Shown here: piece after piece, positions 1 through 13,398 of the stretch
Position numbering within the stretch: position 1 is the first letter of the stretch
Layout: every line of letters starts with the position of its first letter
Assembly (NCBI GenBank): GCA_048128005.1
Contig: JBEUKZ010000045.1
Location: 62,001 to 126,000 of the forward strand
Source: Veleropilina oligotropha
Taxonomy: Eukaryota
Length of the DNA stretch: 64,000 bases
Direction of reading: 5' to 3'
The notes under the pieces: model-generated
Databases searched by the model: none
Told to the model about the DNA's origin: nothing
The model's input: the letters and a program-made list of their open reading frames with translations, nothing else
Position numbers and translations under genes: made by a program

Positions 1-124
1 TAATATTCATGAACTAGACTAGAGTCTAAGATTGAGTGTCGAAGAGGGCCTCTGCGCCATCGGTGTATCTGATGTTGTTAATGATCTTCATATTGATATA
101 ACGGCTCCATTGGTGACGTTACCA

Positions 125-215
125 ATATGTGTACTCCATGTCAGGTCGTTGGAGAACTGAATGCCCAGGTACGGGTTCTGTGTCACCGGTTTCATGACTG
201 TGTTGTTAAATAAAA
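125..215 (-). mobile_element. Small LINE RT fragment (CR1-like)
   Basis: Minus strand reads NPYLGIQFSNDLTWSTHI, the YLG..W..HI thumb motif. Confidence 0.5.
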
Positions 216-355
216 TTTGTTTGGGTTTAGAAAGCACATTACTGTAACTCATATAAAAACCGATTGAAGTTGTCTTGTCCTCTATAACCTGCCCTGCTTC
301 TTAAAATGCTCATCTAGGCGATTTTTAAATTGACCTTTGTGGAAAATTATGCACT

Positions 356-790
356 ATGTTCTCAATTGAAGATGAATATCACTTTTTACTCGTCTGCCCA
401 GCTTATCGTAAACTGCGACCCAATTATTTTGCAAATTATTTTTGCCATTGGCCAAATATCCAAAAATTTACGTATATAATGCAAAACAAGGCTTATGCTA
501 GAAGAGTGGGAAATTATTTAAATGCAACAAATAAGGAGAGAATAAAACTATTAGAAACTTTACCAATATGATTTATTTTCCTGGCTTCATTGACAAATGA
601 AATATCACACATAAATATTTGTATCGTACGGTTACCAATACTCCTTTTCTTTTGTTTTAAATATGCTTACTGTCATTATATATTTGCTCTACCGAATCCG
701 TTAACATATCTGCTTATATATTATGTATGTATAAAGGCATAACAGTGTACTCGCTTATGCTTAATAAAATGTACTACTTCTACTACTACA
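356..790 (+). mobile_element. 3' end of a LINE (C-terminal CCHC region, 3'UTR, tail)
   Basis: IEDEYHFLLVCPAY motif; AATAAA followed by a (TAC)n tail at ~772-790. Confidence 0.65.
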
Positions 791-3469
791 TAAACAAAGT
801 TGATTTGAAGTAGGATAGTACTTACAGATGTAATTAACATTTTAACAATAAATTTTATCAGTTTAAAATATGTGTATTTACAGTACATTTTAAGAATATT
901 TGAGGCGATAATATTTTGTTATATCAAGCAAAACGATGATACAATTTATAATGTATATGTATAGGGTATACCACGAGGTCTGGTTGTCTAATCGGAAAAG
1001 TCTGCAGTTAAAGCGATGCGCCGAGTTGTTTAACTGCAAAAGTGTACAATAATTTAAAATATATTATATTAATAACCTCATATACCCGTTTTTTGTACAA
1101 GAAAGTAGTCCCCTCTGGACTAACAGACACTATAATCAGTTAAACAACGGGCCAAGACAATATAATGACGTCATAAAAAGGTTTAAACATAGTTAAATGA
1201 AAATTCGCAGAGCATGACATGTGCGGATCCATGGGGGTGGGGAGGGGGGGGGGGGTGGTGCGTTGCGGACACGCACTATTTTTTACCATTTACAAATTTG
1301 ATGAAATATCGCGTTTTGCACTGTTAGAATGCAAGAGAGGGTGTTTTCACCGTTAATTATAAAAAAATTCACATTTGATAGGAATTCCTAAAATTTGGAC
1401 CCCACAATTTCCAAATCCTGCATCCGCCCCTATGACAAGCAGTAAATCGTAACAAATATCATACCTATGCGTTAAAAAATGGGTGGACTTCACAACATTC
1501 TCCGGAAAAGTAACATCATCTTGGAATTCTAAATCCAACATCCCACAGTCAAAATCTCTAAATTCAGAAAAATCATACATCGTCTTCGTCCTATTTCATG
1601 AAGAAGACCTAATATAAATTCTTGTTCTACTGTATCGTCTAAATCGGTTAGACCATGTAACTCGTGAATATGCAGGATATACACAGTTTTTCACCACTGA
1701 TTAAGTGCGAAATATGGCCCGCACTCGAACAATGATCAGATTTCACACTTAATCAACAGTGGAAAACTGTGTCTATCCAGCATATACACTCTTTAGCATG
1801 GTCTAACCTACATGTATTCATTCACATTCCGATCGAGCCTAAAATACTATACAGTCTGCTAAATGCCGTGGCCCTGTAACGTGGATATATAGTGCCATGA
1901 ACGTCGTACGCTTTTCGGTCACGATCCGTTGGACCATGTTGAATAGATGTTCTATGCAATTCATAGCGTTTCCTGTAACCGAGAATACCAGTGTTATACG
2001 ATGGGAATGGTGTCTTCACAAACATTATCAGTGTTGACCCGGTGTTATGATAGTTATATAAGTTACAAAATTAAACTGACATGGAAAAACTACAGTTCGG
2101 CAAACGTTTCGTAGTGTTACCGGTGGTATGAGACATGCCATGCAACCGAACTATTAATGATGAATGCCCAAATATGGACAATAAATCTGTTGATGCACAT
2201 ACAAACACTTACGTAAAGATAACCATACAACATTGCGTTATCACCTAGTATAAATAGTAACGCTAAGAGGATGATCGTATGCTTTATTCCAACGATCTGG
2301 GTTCTTTATGTACTAGCACATGATATATTCGAACAAGAAACATATCACTCACAATAGCGCGTAACTCAGCAACCAAAGTCCAATAACTATCCTATGCCTC
2401 GATCTTGAGACTTCGCGTGTTTCTTATCTGTTCGCTCACCATGCAAGATCATGACAAATGTGACTATTTACATTTTGTCATAACTCCATATATACATAAC
2501 AGAGTTTATAAAAAGACGAATATTGCTGTAGAGAATGTCACACTCTGCAAGATTTCGTTTGTCTACAGCACAAATGAGTTTCCGGATATGTTGCCACCAA
2601 ATATCGATACACTGAAACTACATCTTCCATGCTCCGATATTTTAAATGAAAAAAGAACAAAGAGGTTCGGTTTGCCATGTTTTATAAAATGGTGAACGAT
2701 CTTGTGTTATCATATATCTAGGTCATATTCCCATAGTACAACACCATGTCTTATTCGTCGTTAGAAAGACACGGTATATAATACCTGCTTGAAATGCGAT
2801 TGGATGATTTTATAAATGAAATTAGAACAGTCAATAGAAACGTGTTATCACTATAGGTCGTAGGAACTATTTTACTATTATTTACTATACGTCAAAACGT
2901 GGCTGCCGTCAATGTTTTTAATGTTGGCATTGTGGCCGCGATAGTGGAAAGATCATAGCAACGGACACACAAAAACAACAGCCTGGTAGAGATTAATGGA
3001 ACTGATTCGGAGGTAGCGATAGGCAATGAGAAATTGCAGATGCAACATTCAGGTAGGCCTACGTGGCACTCGGCGAGAGACGTCAAATAGCAGATTCAAA
3101 CTGATCGGCGAAACGTATATCCCGCGTTTTTGGAAGATAGTTTTAATTTTTAATGAAAATTGTTATTCTAATATGTTCATATAGTTTATATCAAGTTATA
3201 TCGGTTAATTTTCAAAGAATGTTTGTTAATTATTAATGTCAATTAAACAAATACCTTGGCACTCTTTTTCGAAGGCATTGATACTAATTTATGTAATGAG
3301 CTAACATGACGCCATTTTGCATTATATATACATAACACTTCGCCGTAATGTCGACGTCGCTCCACTGCTGATTCTTCGTGCCGGTGTGGGCGTTGTAGTT
3401 CGTATCTTACCAAAGAGCGATATATGATAAATAGAACCTCACACTCCTGGTAACACTCCTGGTAGTGTA

Positions 3470-5600
3470 ATATACTATACTATACTATACTATATTTATA
3501 GAGCACCTGTTCGTAGATGCTCTAGGCGATATTTACACAGATAAGTTAGAAAAAGCAATGTCAAATAAATATGTCTTCAGGGATGATTTGAATTTCATCA
3601 GAGTATCTGTGATCTTCATGGAAACAGGGAGTGAATTCCAGAGTGTTGCAGCAGCCATCCTGAAACTACGCTCTCCATAAGTCACAGTTTTAGCACGTGG
3701 GACCACAAGAAGATGTTTGTTCTGAGAACGTAGACTTCGTGTTGGCTCATACTGGTCCAACAGATCGGCGATGTACTTAGGAGCTAGTCCATGCTCCGCC
3801 CGATAAACAAGGGTAAGTATCTTGAACACAAGACGTTGTCTTATAGGCAGCCAGTGAAGACTATGTAGAACCGGAGTTATGTGCTCTGTTCTACGAGTGT
3901 GTGTTATTAATCGTGCGGCCGAGTTCTGCACCCGTTGAAGACGATCCAGCTGGTATGCTGGTAATCCATACAGGAGACTGTTTGCGTAATCAAGTCTAGA
4001 AATCACCAAGGCGTTCACTAATGACTTTGTTGCGTCAGTGGTCAAGTATCGTCGAATCCGACTGATTCTCTTGAGATGGAAGTACGCAGATCTGGATACG
4101 GAGTTCACATGAGCCTCCATGCTCAGCACTTGATCATACACCACTCCTAGGTTCCTGGCTGTTTTGCATGATGGAATGTGGCAGTCACCAATCCTCACGG
4201 ATACAGAGTCAAGGACAGCCAACTTACTCCTTGGTCCGAAAACAATAACCTCAGTTTTGCCGTCGTTCAGTTTTAACAGGTTCCTCTTCATCCACGTCCG
4301 GATGTCGTCCACACACCTTTCGATCGCTGACAGAGCAGCATTCTCGCTAACATTGTTTCCGGGTTTGAAGGCACAATACAACTGGCTGTCGTCGGCGTAC
4401 AAGTGAAACGACAGACCATGTCTCCTGATGATTTGACCCAGAGGCTTTGTATACATACAAAACAACTTTGGACCAATAACCGATCCCTGTGGCACACTGA
4501 AATCGAGCTGGACACATTCAGATGTTTCTCCTCCAACATGCAGACACCACTTGATGCCTTCCGTGTAGATAAGAGGTAAACCATGACAGGGCATCACTTT
4601 TTACACCAAAAGACGTTTCTAGTCTTTTTATCAGGGTAGCATGATCCACCGTATCAAACGCGGCTGACATATCTAGGAGTACAAGCGCTGCTATACGGTT
4701 GTTATCCAAGCTCTCGAGTAAGAAGTTCTGTACACTGAGAAGTGCGGTTTCTGTTGAATGTGCAGTCTTATATGCTGATTTTAGCTCCTCGTGCAAGTTA
4801 TTTGCAGCAAAATGACTGTCGAGACGATGAGCCACAGCTTTCTCGATCAATTTTGAGATAAATGTGAGGTTGGATATTGGTCGATAGTGCTTATGTTCCT
4901 CAGGATCCAGCCCGTGTTTTTTTAGGAGTGGTCGTATTACTGCTCGTTTAAGACACAGAGGAAAACAGGAAGATGATAACGACTCGTTCACGATGTCTGT
5001 GGTGATCGGTAACAGCTCCCCGCTACAATTTTTCAGGAGCCATGTGGGAATGGGGTCAAGCTCACAGGATTTTGTTGGTGATTTTTCTATGAGCCTTCTG
5101 ACCTCGGCCCAAGTTGCTGGTTCAAACTTGCATAGTTCCTGAGAGACTTGCACTCTCTCTAATTCCAGCCACTCTTCGTCCGGTAAGAGATCTTCAGACA
5201 ATTCCAATCGAATATTAGCAACCTTGTCGAAGAAAAAGTTGCTGAACTGATTAGCCAGCTTTGCAGGTGATGGGTGCTCAGGAAGGATGGGCTTGGTCCT
5301 CTTTCCAAGCAGATGGTTAGCTAGTTTGAAAATAGCCTTCTGATCTCGACCACACTCACTCACTTTGGATGAATAGTAGGCAGTTTTAGCCTCCTGTAGC
5401 ATAACGTTGACGATGCTACACTGATCTCTGTAAAGTTGATGGTCTACTGTCAGCTTTGACTTTAAACATTTTCTTTCGAAACGCCGCCTCATCTGCTTGG
5501 CCTCACGCAGTTCTTGTGTATACCATGGTGTGTGAGTCCTTTGGAGTATCAATTTATGGCGTTCCGGGGCATGGGTATCAATCAGTGACTTTAATGTGCC
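3470..5600 (-). mobile_element. 5'-truncated L2-clade LINE, RT ORF split by a frameshift
   Basis: ORFs 4518-5552 and 3533-4597: YRPISNL, LLDMSAAFDTV, VPQGSVIGP, LYADD, ISRLDYANSLL, HITPVLHSLHWLP; 3' stem-loop AGAGCATCT...AGGTGCTCT and (TAGTA)n tail. Confidence 0.93.
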
Positions 5601-6429
5601 TAGTATTCTAGAATTCTTTAAAGTTTTGTTGGAGTCTGCAATATCACATTTATGAAACTCGTTTAACTAATTTTCATATTTTCTTCAGCAAAGCCTCGGA
5701 AAATATTAAAATTAGTTCAACTCGTTTCATATATGTGATATTAAACTACCACTCATATGAGATTCCTATATTACAGACAATACCAATACCAGGGGCTCGA
5801 CTGTCCAGGAACATGAATTTCATATACCGTCATGCAACAGTGAACTGTGTAATGAATCCGAACAAGGAAATGGAATATTTAACCACCATGTGCGTTTCTG
5901 CTAGTATTCTAGAATTCTTTAAAGTTTTGTTGGAGTCTGCAAAACTACATTAATCAAAATTTTGTAAAACCACTGTAATTTAAAATTTTCTATGATCACC
6001 TAAATGCAACGTGTTGATGGCGGCCACAGAAGTTCAACATATTCCCCTAGCTTTCTATAATGAACTATAACACAGCGTGGCATATTTGCGACGGGCATGC
6101 ACAAAATATCTGCATACTCACCTGCAGTGGTAAATGCAATCATAAGGGAGCCACATACAAACGTAATCCTGAAATGTAAAACGAATGAATATTGCATTTG
6201 GTTCCTTTAAATAACAGCATCACAAATGCAGAGAGCGGGGTTATAGTTATCTTATGTTGATCTTTCGTATGATAATGTACGATTATTACTTCAGAACACC
6301 TTTAGACCGCTCTGTCAGTCGTGTGGTTTCGGTTGCAGTCTCCGAAAATCACTGGCTTGATTCCGCTGACACACACAGAAGTGGATTCGCATATCGGTGG
6401 GGACATGACGTTATTTGCTCAAGTTATGA

Positions 6430-6575
6430 ATCACAGATGTCCGAAATTGGCCGAAGACGGCGGGTTTCTCCGGGCGACTGGGCTTTCCTCCCGCAATAAT
6501 ATGGACATCTCCTGCTTTTAACCTAGTGGTTGGAAATATACAGTACATTAAGCATCGATCTTTTCCCTTCCTTTC
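6430..6575 (+). repeat. SINE fragment (V-domain-like), second copy at ~46300-46520
   Basis: GTTTCTCCGGG..AC.GGG.TTTCCTCCCGC and TGGTTGGAAATATACAG.ACATTAAGCATCGATC shared with 46416-46510. Confidence 0.55.
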
Positions 6576-6708
6576 AGAAAACACATAAAATGTTATCAAA
6601 ATAATTAGACATGATAACAAAACCACGAAAACTAAAAATGTGGGGCTAAAAGAAAATCCTTAGAATATTATAAACATATAAAAGAAGAAGAAAGGTTCAC
6701 ATACATAC

Positions 6709-7105
6709 ATATGGTCCTGGCGATTCGGATTCCAAATTTGTAGTTGACCTGTCCAATGACTGTAACGCCAAATGACCACATGGTGCTGCCAACGGTGATC
6801 GCGATCGCCAGCATCTTGTTCTGTGCTGGACACTCGACGTGGTGGGGTCCACTGTCGGTATCGTTCAGGGCATAATCCATAACAGACGATAATTTTGAGT
6901 TCGTATAGTTATCCACGATTCCTGGTAGCACCACCGTTATGTTGTGTCCAAGTGAAGGCAGCGTTTGATTGGCACAGAGATTACCATAAATGGATTCATC
7001 GATGAGAATGAAAATCAAAGCTCCCCAGCCAAAGAGGATGCCGCTGAAGAAGAGGTTTTCGAGGACACCCCACACCAGGTAGAAATGCCTATATCGCAGA
7101 TTCAT
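6709..7105 (-). CDS. First coding exon of an SLC43-family (LAT3/LAT4/SLC43A3-like) transporter
   Basis: GVLENLFFSGILFGWGALIFIL..ESIYGNLC...CPAQNKMLAIAITVG; acceptor TTTTAG at 7116-7117, donor GTATGT at ~6708. Downstream exons were not identified. Confidence 0.85.
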
Positions 7106-8317
7106 CGTGAGATGTCTAAAATGAAAAGTGTTGCAGTAATTTTATTTTACATGAAACAAGATGACACACACATGGCTGAGTGGTTAGTGCACCGTATACT
7201 AAACTGGGGCTGTTAGGGCATGACTTCAAAAGTCTTCAGCGGTGTGGAATATTATAATCCCTAAAAGAGGAGACGGCTAAAGGCTGGAAAAAGTGACCCC
7301 TGGTCGAAGATCTTGCCAGACGTTAGGGGCGTGGCCTTACATTGGCGGGTATTCAAGCTTGCCCGTGAAGTCTGGAGGTGATAATTGCTCTGACAACTAA
7401 AAATACACTTCGTAATTAGGTTTCTGTCGTTTTAGCCATGTGTCAGCCAATCATATGTCGTCATGTCGATGTGGTCTGGTCGGCTTCCAAGTCAGAAATG
7501 AGGTGATCACTGGTTGGCCCCTTTCATAGTGGCAGTCCGGCCTTTAGCCGTTACCCATCCATCGAAAGGGGGCGGTGAGCAGATGTTCCGATTTAAATTG
7601 TTGTTGCTATGATCCATATTTCGATTAATTTCTTTTGGTGTCAAAATGGTATATTATGTTATGTATTAGACAGTAATCATGTGCAGCACCTAGATCCAGT
7701 TTTAAGTCAGCAGAAAACGTCAAGAAAAACACAGCAAGATCGAATAACGACTCTTAAACACTGTAAGAGCGATACGGGAAAAGACTTCCAGAATACTGCA
7801 CATTTCTCTTAATCGACTACATGTCGCAGACAGGTGACATCTCTGTGTCGTACGTCATCTATTCGAAATAATCCAATCGATAAGAAAATAATATGGTCGG
7901 ATTCGCTGACATTGTAGCGTGTCACGTCACACGCGCAACACGATACGATGTCTAGACGAGAAGGGGAAATGCAACCACATAACGATACTCTAGCTACTCA
8001 CAATACACGCCGCCTAATAGGAGACAATTCAATTCAATTGAATATTGTGTTCCACATGACAAGACGATTATCTCCACGTCATTGTTGCAAAATCGTGTCA
8101 TCGCTGCCACGTAGATTGTTAGAAAACAACACACTAAAATAATGACTGCACATGGATCTTCCTTCAGTCCATCGTCTCTGCGTATAGCCGTATCGATCGC
8201 TCGGTCAGTCAACGAACACTTTGCAAATGGATGACGGTCAGTACGTCATAATATCGACATGGCAGCGATCCATTATTTCCTAATATAAAATAACAATATC
8301 TTGAGAAGCTATCACGC

Positions 8318-8420
8318 GGATACGTGGCGTAGTGGTAACAGCGCGGTTCCTAATGCAAGTCGCCAGACTGCTCTGCTTATGAGTTGTGGGTTCGAATCAC
8401 TGGCTGCGTACTTTGAGCAG
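8318..8420 (+). repeat. tRNA-derived SINE head
   Basis: A box TGGCGTAGTGG and B box GGTTCGAATC without a closed cloverleaf. Confidence 0.45.
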
Positions 8421-8529
8421 TAAACAGTCACATGTTTCGATACTATGGACATGTCCTGGTGTTAATATGACACACTAATTACTTATTACACGGAAATGTC
8501 GTTTCGGTAAACACAAAACAATAGATAAT

Positions 8530-9372
8530 AAGGGCAATCAGAAGAGATTGCAAACCCTCGCCCCGGGGCCAAAGCAGAAGATGGTGAGAGTCAGAAATTA
8601 ATATTTCTAAACATGAACTACAATCATAAAATGTAATCATAAATTATAAAAATATTTAAGAATAACAAAACTTAAAATAAAAAAATATTTTGGAGGTAAT
8701 GGGAGTCGAAACCCTGACCTCTAGATCTCTCGGCAACGTTTTAACGCTATACAGACAGTCTAATTACTTCGGGTAATTTAGGCTATTTATATTTTGGTGT
8801 TAGATTTTTGTATTTGCAAATTTTGCCGAAGTTGACAATACTTAACTAGCAATAACTTAATAGTTACTAAAGCGATATAACTGAAATTTTCACGAAAGGT
8901 AGATTACGATAACCTTGCTTACTGAAGTAAATTATATCACGGCGTTAGTAGTATTTAAAGAGCTATCACAAATATCGCAACGTCTCAAAGATTTTAATTT
9001 CGGAACAAAAAATATTGCTACAAATTCGCTCTAACACATAAAGCATATCGATAAAAGTTGTAGATAATGCACTACTCTGTCACTTGTTGAAATTCGAGGT
9101 GTCTGGTTTCAGTGGTTACATATTTACGGCATTTATTTGCATTTTGTTTTGGTTGATTTCTAAAATGCTTATAAAGTTCACAATCCGGACCATCTTCGAG
9201 GAGGACCTAGCCACGGAGAAACCTTATCTTGTGTAAAAAATTAAGTAAATCGGATCAATAGTTTTCGAGTTATGCGAATGGACATACATACATACATATA
9301 TACATACATACAGCCATACATACAAAGCCGATTGCAATACCATCGCCTCTCCTCCAGACGCGAGGGTAACAA
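8530..9372 (+). mobile_element. Non-autonomous Helitron/Helentron-like element; related pieces at ~24620-25130 and ~45318-45445
   Basis: GATTGCAA.ACC.TCGCC near both ends, (TACA)n tract before a GC-rich 3' stem-loop; family assignment tentative. Confidence 0.4.
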
Positions 9373-11789
9373 TAAGCATCTGCCAATAATGTGGCTAATT
9401 ACGTCCCACGTCGCTCCATTGAAGACTGTGAAATCCTAATTATAACAAAATAAAAATCAAAACCGGATATGACGTCTTAAAATTCAAATCCGGATTCCAA
9501 ATCGAATCATACTCGAGAAGTTTATAATCAGGGCTACCAAATACATTGCATAAAATGAAACTAAAAATATGCGTTAACGGTAACCTCAGACCTCAGATGC
9601 CTGGACCAATGATGATACTACTTCGTCATGGCGGATTGTTCGAGAAATGCTCGAAGATTTAGCTCGAAGCTTTGATCTGTATTGTGAGATTTTGCAAATT
9701 TCGCCGAAGTTGACAAAACTTAACTCGCAATAACTAAATCGTTACTAAAGTCGTTTATCTGAAATAATAATTGAGCACTATGATTTTGTCACGCGTCGTA
9801 TTATTCCGCAAAATGCCATTTTATATATCAAGTCCATACTTTACAAGAATGACTATAGGAAATTATATTTATCATTATATATGGGACATGGTACTTTAAG
9901 TCATACGTAGGCCTACTATGTCGCATAAGTATGACTTTTTACGGTCATTTACCCTAATTTTTTGTAAAGTATATGCGATATTTGTCCTAATATATAAGGG
10001 CATATTTCGTGATTATGCATCGTTTAAGCTATATAATGTTATATGAGAGTTGGGAATTTTGTATTACTATTATAAACATGATAATCGCATATTGAATCTT
10101 TATATTATTAATCAATATAAGACAGTAACATATTATTTATTAATTATTAATTGTTATCACTTCCATGAGGTCGGTCATTCGCTAACATAAGCCCGTGTAC
10201 AACATTAGTACTGTAACTGTTGTACAATATTATCTGGCTTTGGCCGCGTATCCACTCATCTGATCGGCTGTCAAAGTCATTTTACTAACTTGCCGTAAAC
10301 CCCAGCCAGACGTGGTATATGGAAGCTTATACCATGGCTGACGTATACGTCGCCTGTCAATCAAAATGTTCTCATCTGGAGAACCTTGAGTAGGCGTTAC
10401 TGAAGTTGTCGCCTGCCATTTTGAATACATCACCGTGACGGTAATGAATATAGTAAGTTTAGCATTGTCAAAGCCAGATAAATACGTTATCGAGAAATAT
10501 CTTCGTAAACATGGAGCATTGAATACCTTATTACGCTAAACAACTCGGCTAGAGCCTCGTTGCTCAACTTCACGCGGTATTCAATGCACCGTGTGTGTGT
10601 CGACATGAAGAGAGACCATCGGAAAAGCAAGTGTGCCTTCTTTAACGTTAATGGTCGAAAATATACAGGACCTTATTAATATTAGCCTATATTTTTGCAT
10701 AACCTCCATTTGATTTGACATTGATAGCGTCCATTGTCAGTCGAAAGCCCACGATGACTGGGGGACATGGTGTCGGCATTAAAAAGTGAATAAAAGAACA
10801 GGGTCAATCCTTTCGTGCGTTTTGTAATTTAGTTTCTGATTTCGTAATTTCGCGGTTACTACATACATCGTAAAGAAAATATATCAAAGGCATGCAACGT
10901 TTAATACTTTTCAATGAATTTCAAATCTTTATATGGGAGCAATGGTGATGATTGCTTGTTTACCAAGACAAATAAAGGCCGACACCCTAAATTTCAACAC
11001 CCCACATACAAAATATGTCATTATTTGCAATATACTTCAATTCGGTGCAACCGGTTTATCTTGATTCAATTAGTGTTCCTATTTGTATATACTAGTATCA
11101 GTTTAAGAGATCGATAAAGCAATACATGAACGTTTATTGATGTTTAAAATTGTGTCACATGAAGCATGTACATATAATATAATGTTACAAATATATATGA
11201 AACAACCATGTGCTTAAATTTAGAGACGACGATAATTATCGATATATCTTGGTGGATCGGTGCACACTATTTATATATCTTCTGCTTTACGATATACATG
11301 ACCCCGCTTTGTGTTGCACGTTTCATTTCAACATTACCTTAAGATACGTACCTGCGCCCGTTCGCTATGCACGACAGATCACGAGTTCATAAAATTGAAG
11401 CTCACTAATTTAACTGATATAAATAACAATAGTTGACTGTAAATTTGAGATCATATCTTGCGTTTTTGACCTACTTCCCAGGCCAAAAGGACTAGTCAAC
11501 TCAAAAAGACGTTTCTATTTTAACATTCGGGATGCATGCCCTTATAGTAAAAAATACATTTGCCGAACTGTTTAGACCTGTAAGTATTCATTGAATTGCA
11601 CAAAGCATGCATCAATACTGTAAAAATTAGGTAGCCGCCTCCCACGGCTTATTCCCACTTTTCCACCAGACTGCATAATATTATTACTTAATTGCTCAAG
11701 TACAGGGGCCGTATACAAAATACCCCATCTAATTAGTGAGTGAACTGAACTCAGTAACATGGTCCTGATATAGTTAAAGATGCTGGATC

Positions 11790-12548
11790 TACATTCGTAT
11801 GATATTTCATATAAAAGAAAACCATAAATACGATATGGTATCCATACATGACATGTTTTTAGGAAAAGTTAAAATGCAACAAAAGGTGTTGCTAGCATTT
11901 AATAATCGCTTCAGCCGACGTGGTATTTTATTCGAGCGCATCAACCTCCGAAGCCATCTTATCTCACGTCTCAGAGCCAAGGCCATAACCATGCCCCAGA
12001 CCATGACAAGATAGTTGTCGACAAATGTTTAGCTTCGGTGAAGGATATCGTTAAAAATGACAGTAAACCGATTCCAAGATGAATTATCAGGTATGCATCT
12101 TAACCGCATAAATGTTTTCATTTATAAATACATTATAATATATATACACATATATTTAATGCGTTACAAGATGGCATTCGTTAAGAAAAATTTCATTATC
12201 CTGCCTACTATTAATGTCAGACTAACAGGTCGATAATTTGGGTATTTTTTTACATTTTATTAACACATCCCTGTGTAGCAATTTTCTTAATATTTGCTTT
12301 ATCTTTATTTCAGAACTACGAGCAGCTGATGCTGAAATCATTTCAACGGCGCCATCGTTTTACAGCGTTAAAGCCAGTCTGTATCAATCCAGAGCTAAGG
12401 AACTACCCCCTCTCCCAAAGCAGCGGACTGACATCGACTTGCCGCAGCGTTATACAAGGACAAAGAATGGCGATAATTTCGTTCTACATGCTGATGATAA
12501 CATGCTGATATTTTCTACAGAATCGAACTTACATCACCTTGCTGCAGC

Positions 12549-12608
<60 letters not shown>

Positions 12609-13398
12609 TTCAGTGACGGAACTTTCAACATTTGTCCTAAATTATTTCGTCAACTGTATACCATACATGCTTTTGTTGGCGAGAAGATGTTTCCCCTCGT
12701 GTATGCCCTACTTCCAGACAAGAAACGCTCCACATACAAGCACTTTTTTGAAATTGTGAAACAGAAATCTGCCGATTTGAATATCAACTTAAGACCAGAC
12801 GTCATCGTTACCGATTTCGAGACTGCCACACTGAAACAGGCTGCGTCAGAAGTGTTTCGTTGCGAACTGAAAGGGTGTATGTTCCACTTTCGGCAGACCA
12901 TATGGAGAAATGTTCAGAAGTTACGGTGCTAACCTTTTAGTGCGACGTGCTTGTGCCTTGACTTTAGTGAGATTGTGCGACATAGAGGACGTGTGGATGA
13001 ACGCCATGGAAGAAGCTGATCTTGATGACACATTTATAGTGAAATTCGCGGACTATGTTACTGAGCAATGGGTTGAAGCACTAGGACGATTAATTTGGAA
13101 CCATTTTTACACAGATGGTGCTCGGACAACTAACCATGTTGAGGGATGGCACGCGAAAATAAATAAGAGCGGACATTCACATCCTAACCTCTTCAAATTC
13201 ATCAATATGATACAGAACGAACAAAATAGCACAGAAATTGCCATCACCCAGATTTCATCAGGTGGAAGACTTCCTCCACGAAAGAAGAAATACAGGGAAT
13301 TGGACAATCGTTTACAACGGGAGAAAAATAACCTGCTCGATGGAATGAAGTCTCCAATTGAATATGCGGACTCTGTGTCACATCTTATTGGATTGTAA
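11790..13398 (+). pseudogene. MULE (Mutator-like) transposase, disrupted
   Basis: LIFST, SDGTF (D), QLYTIH, PLVYALLP, VTDFE (D), GCMFHFRQ, RTTNHVEGWH (E); intron ~12092-12313, (TA)n expansion and a frameshift near 12920. Confidence 0.9.
12552..12607. repeat. (TA)n microsatellite inside the MULE coding sequence
   Basis: Pure AT dinucleotide run. Confidence 0.95.

Noticed and set aside
2437..2545. Candidate second SLC43 exon (AG...GT bounded, minus strand)
   Set aside because: Stops in all three frames and no SLC43 similarity.
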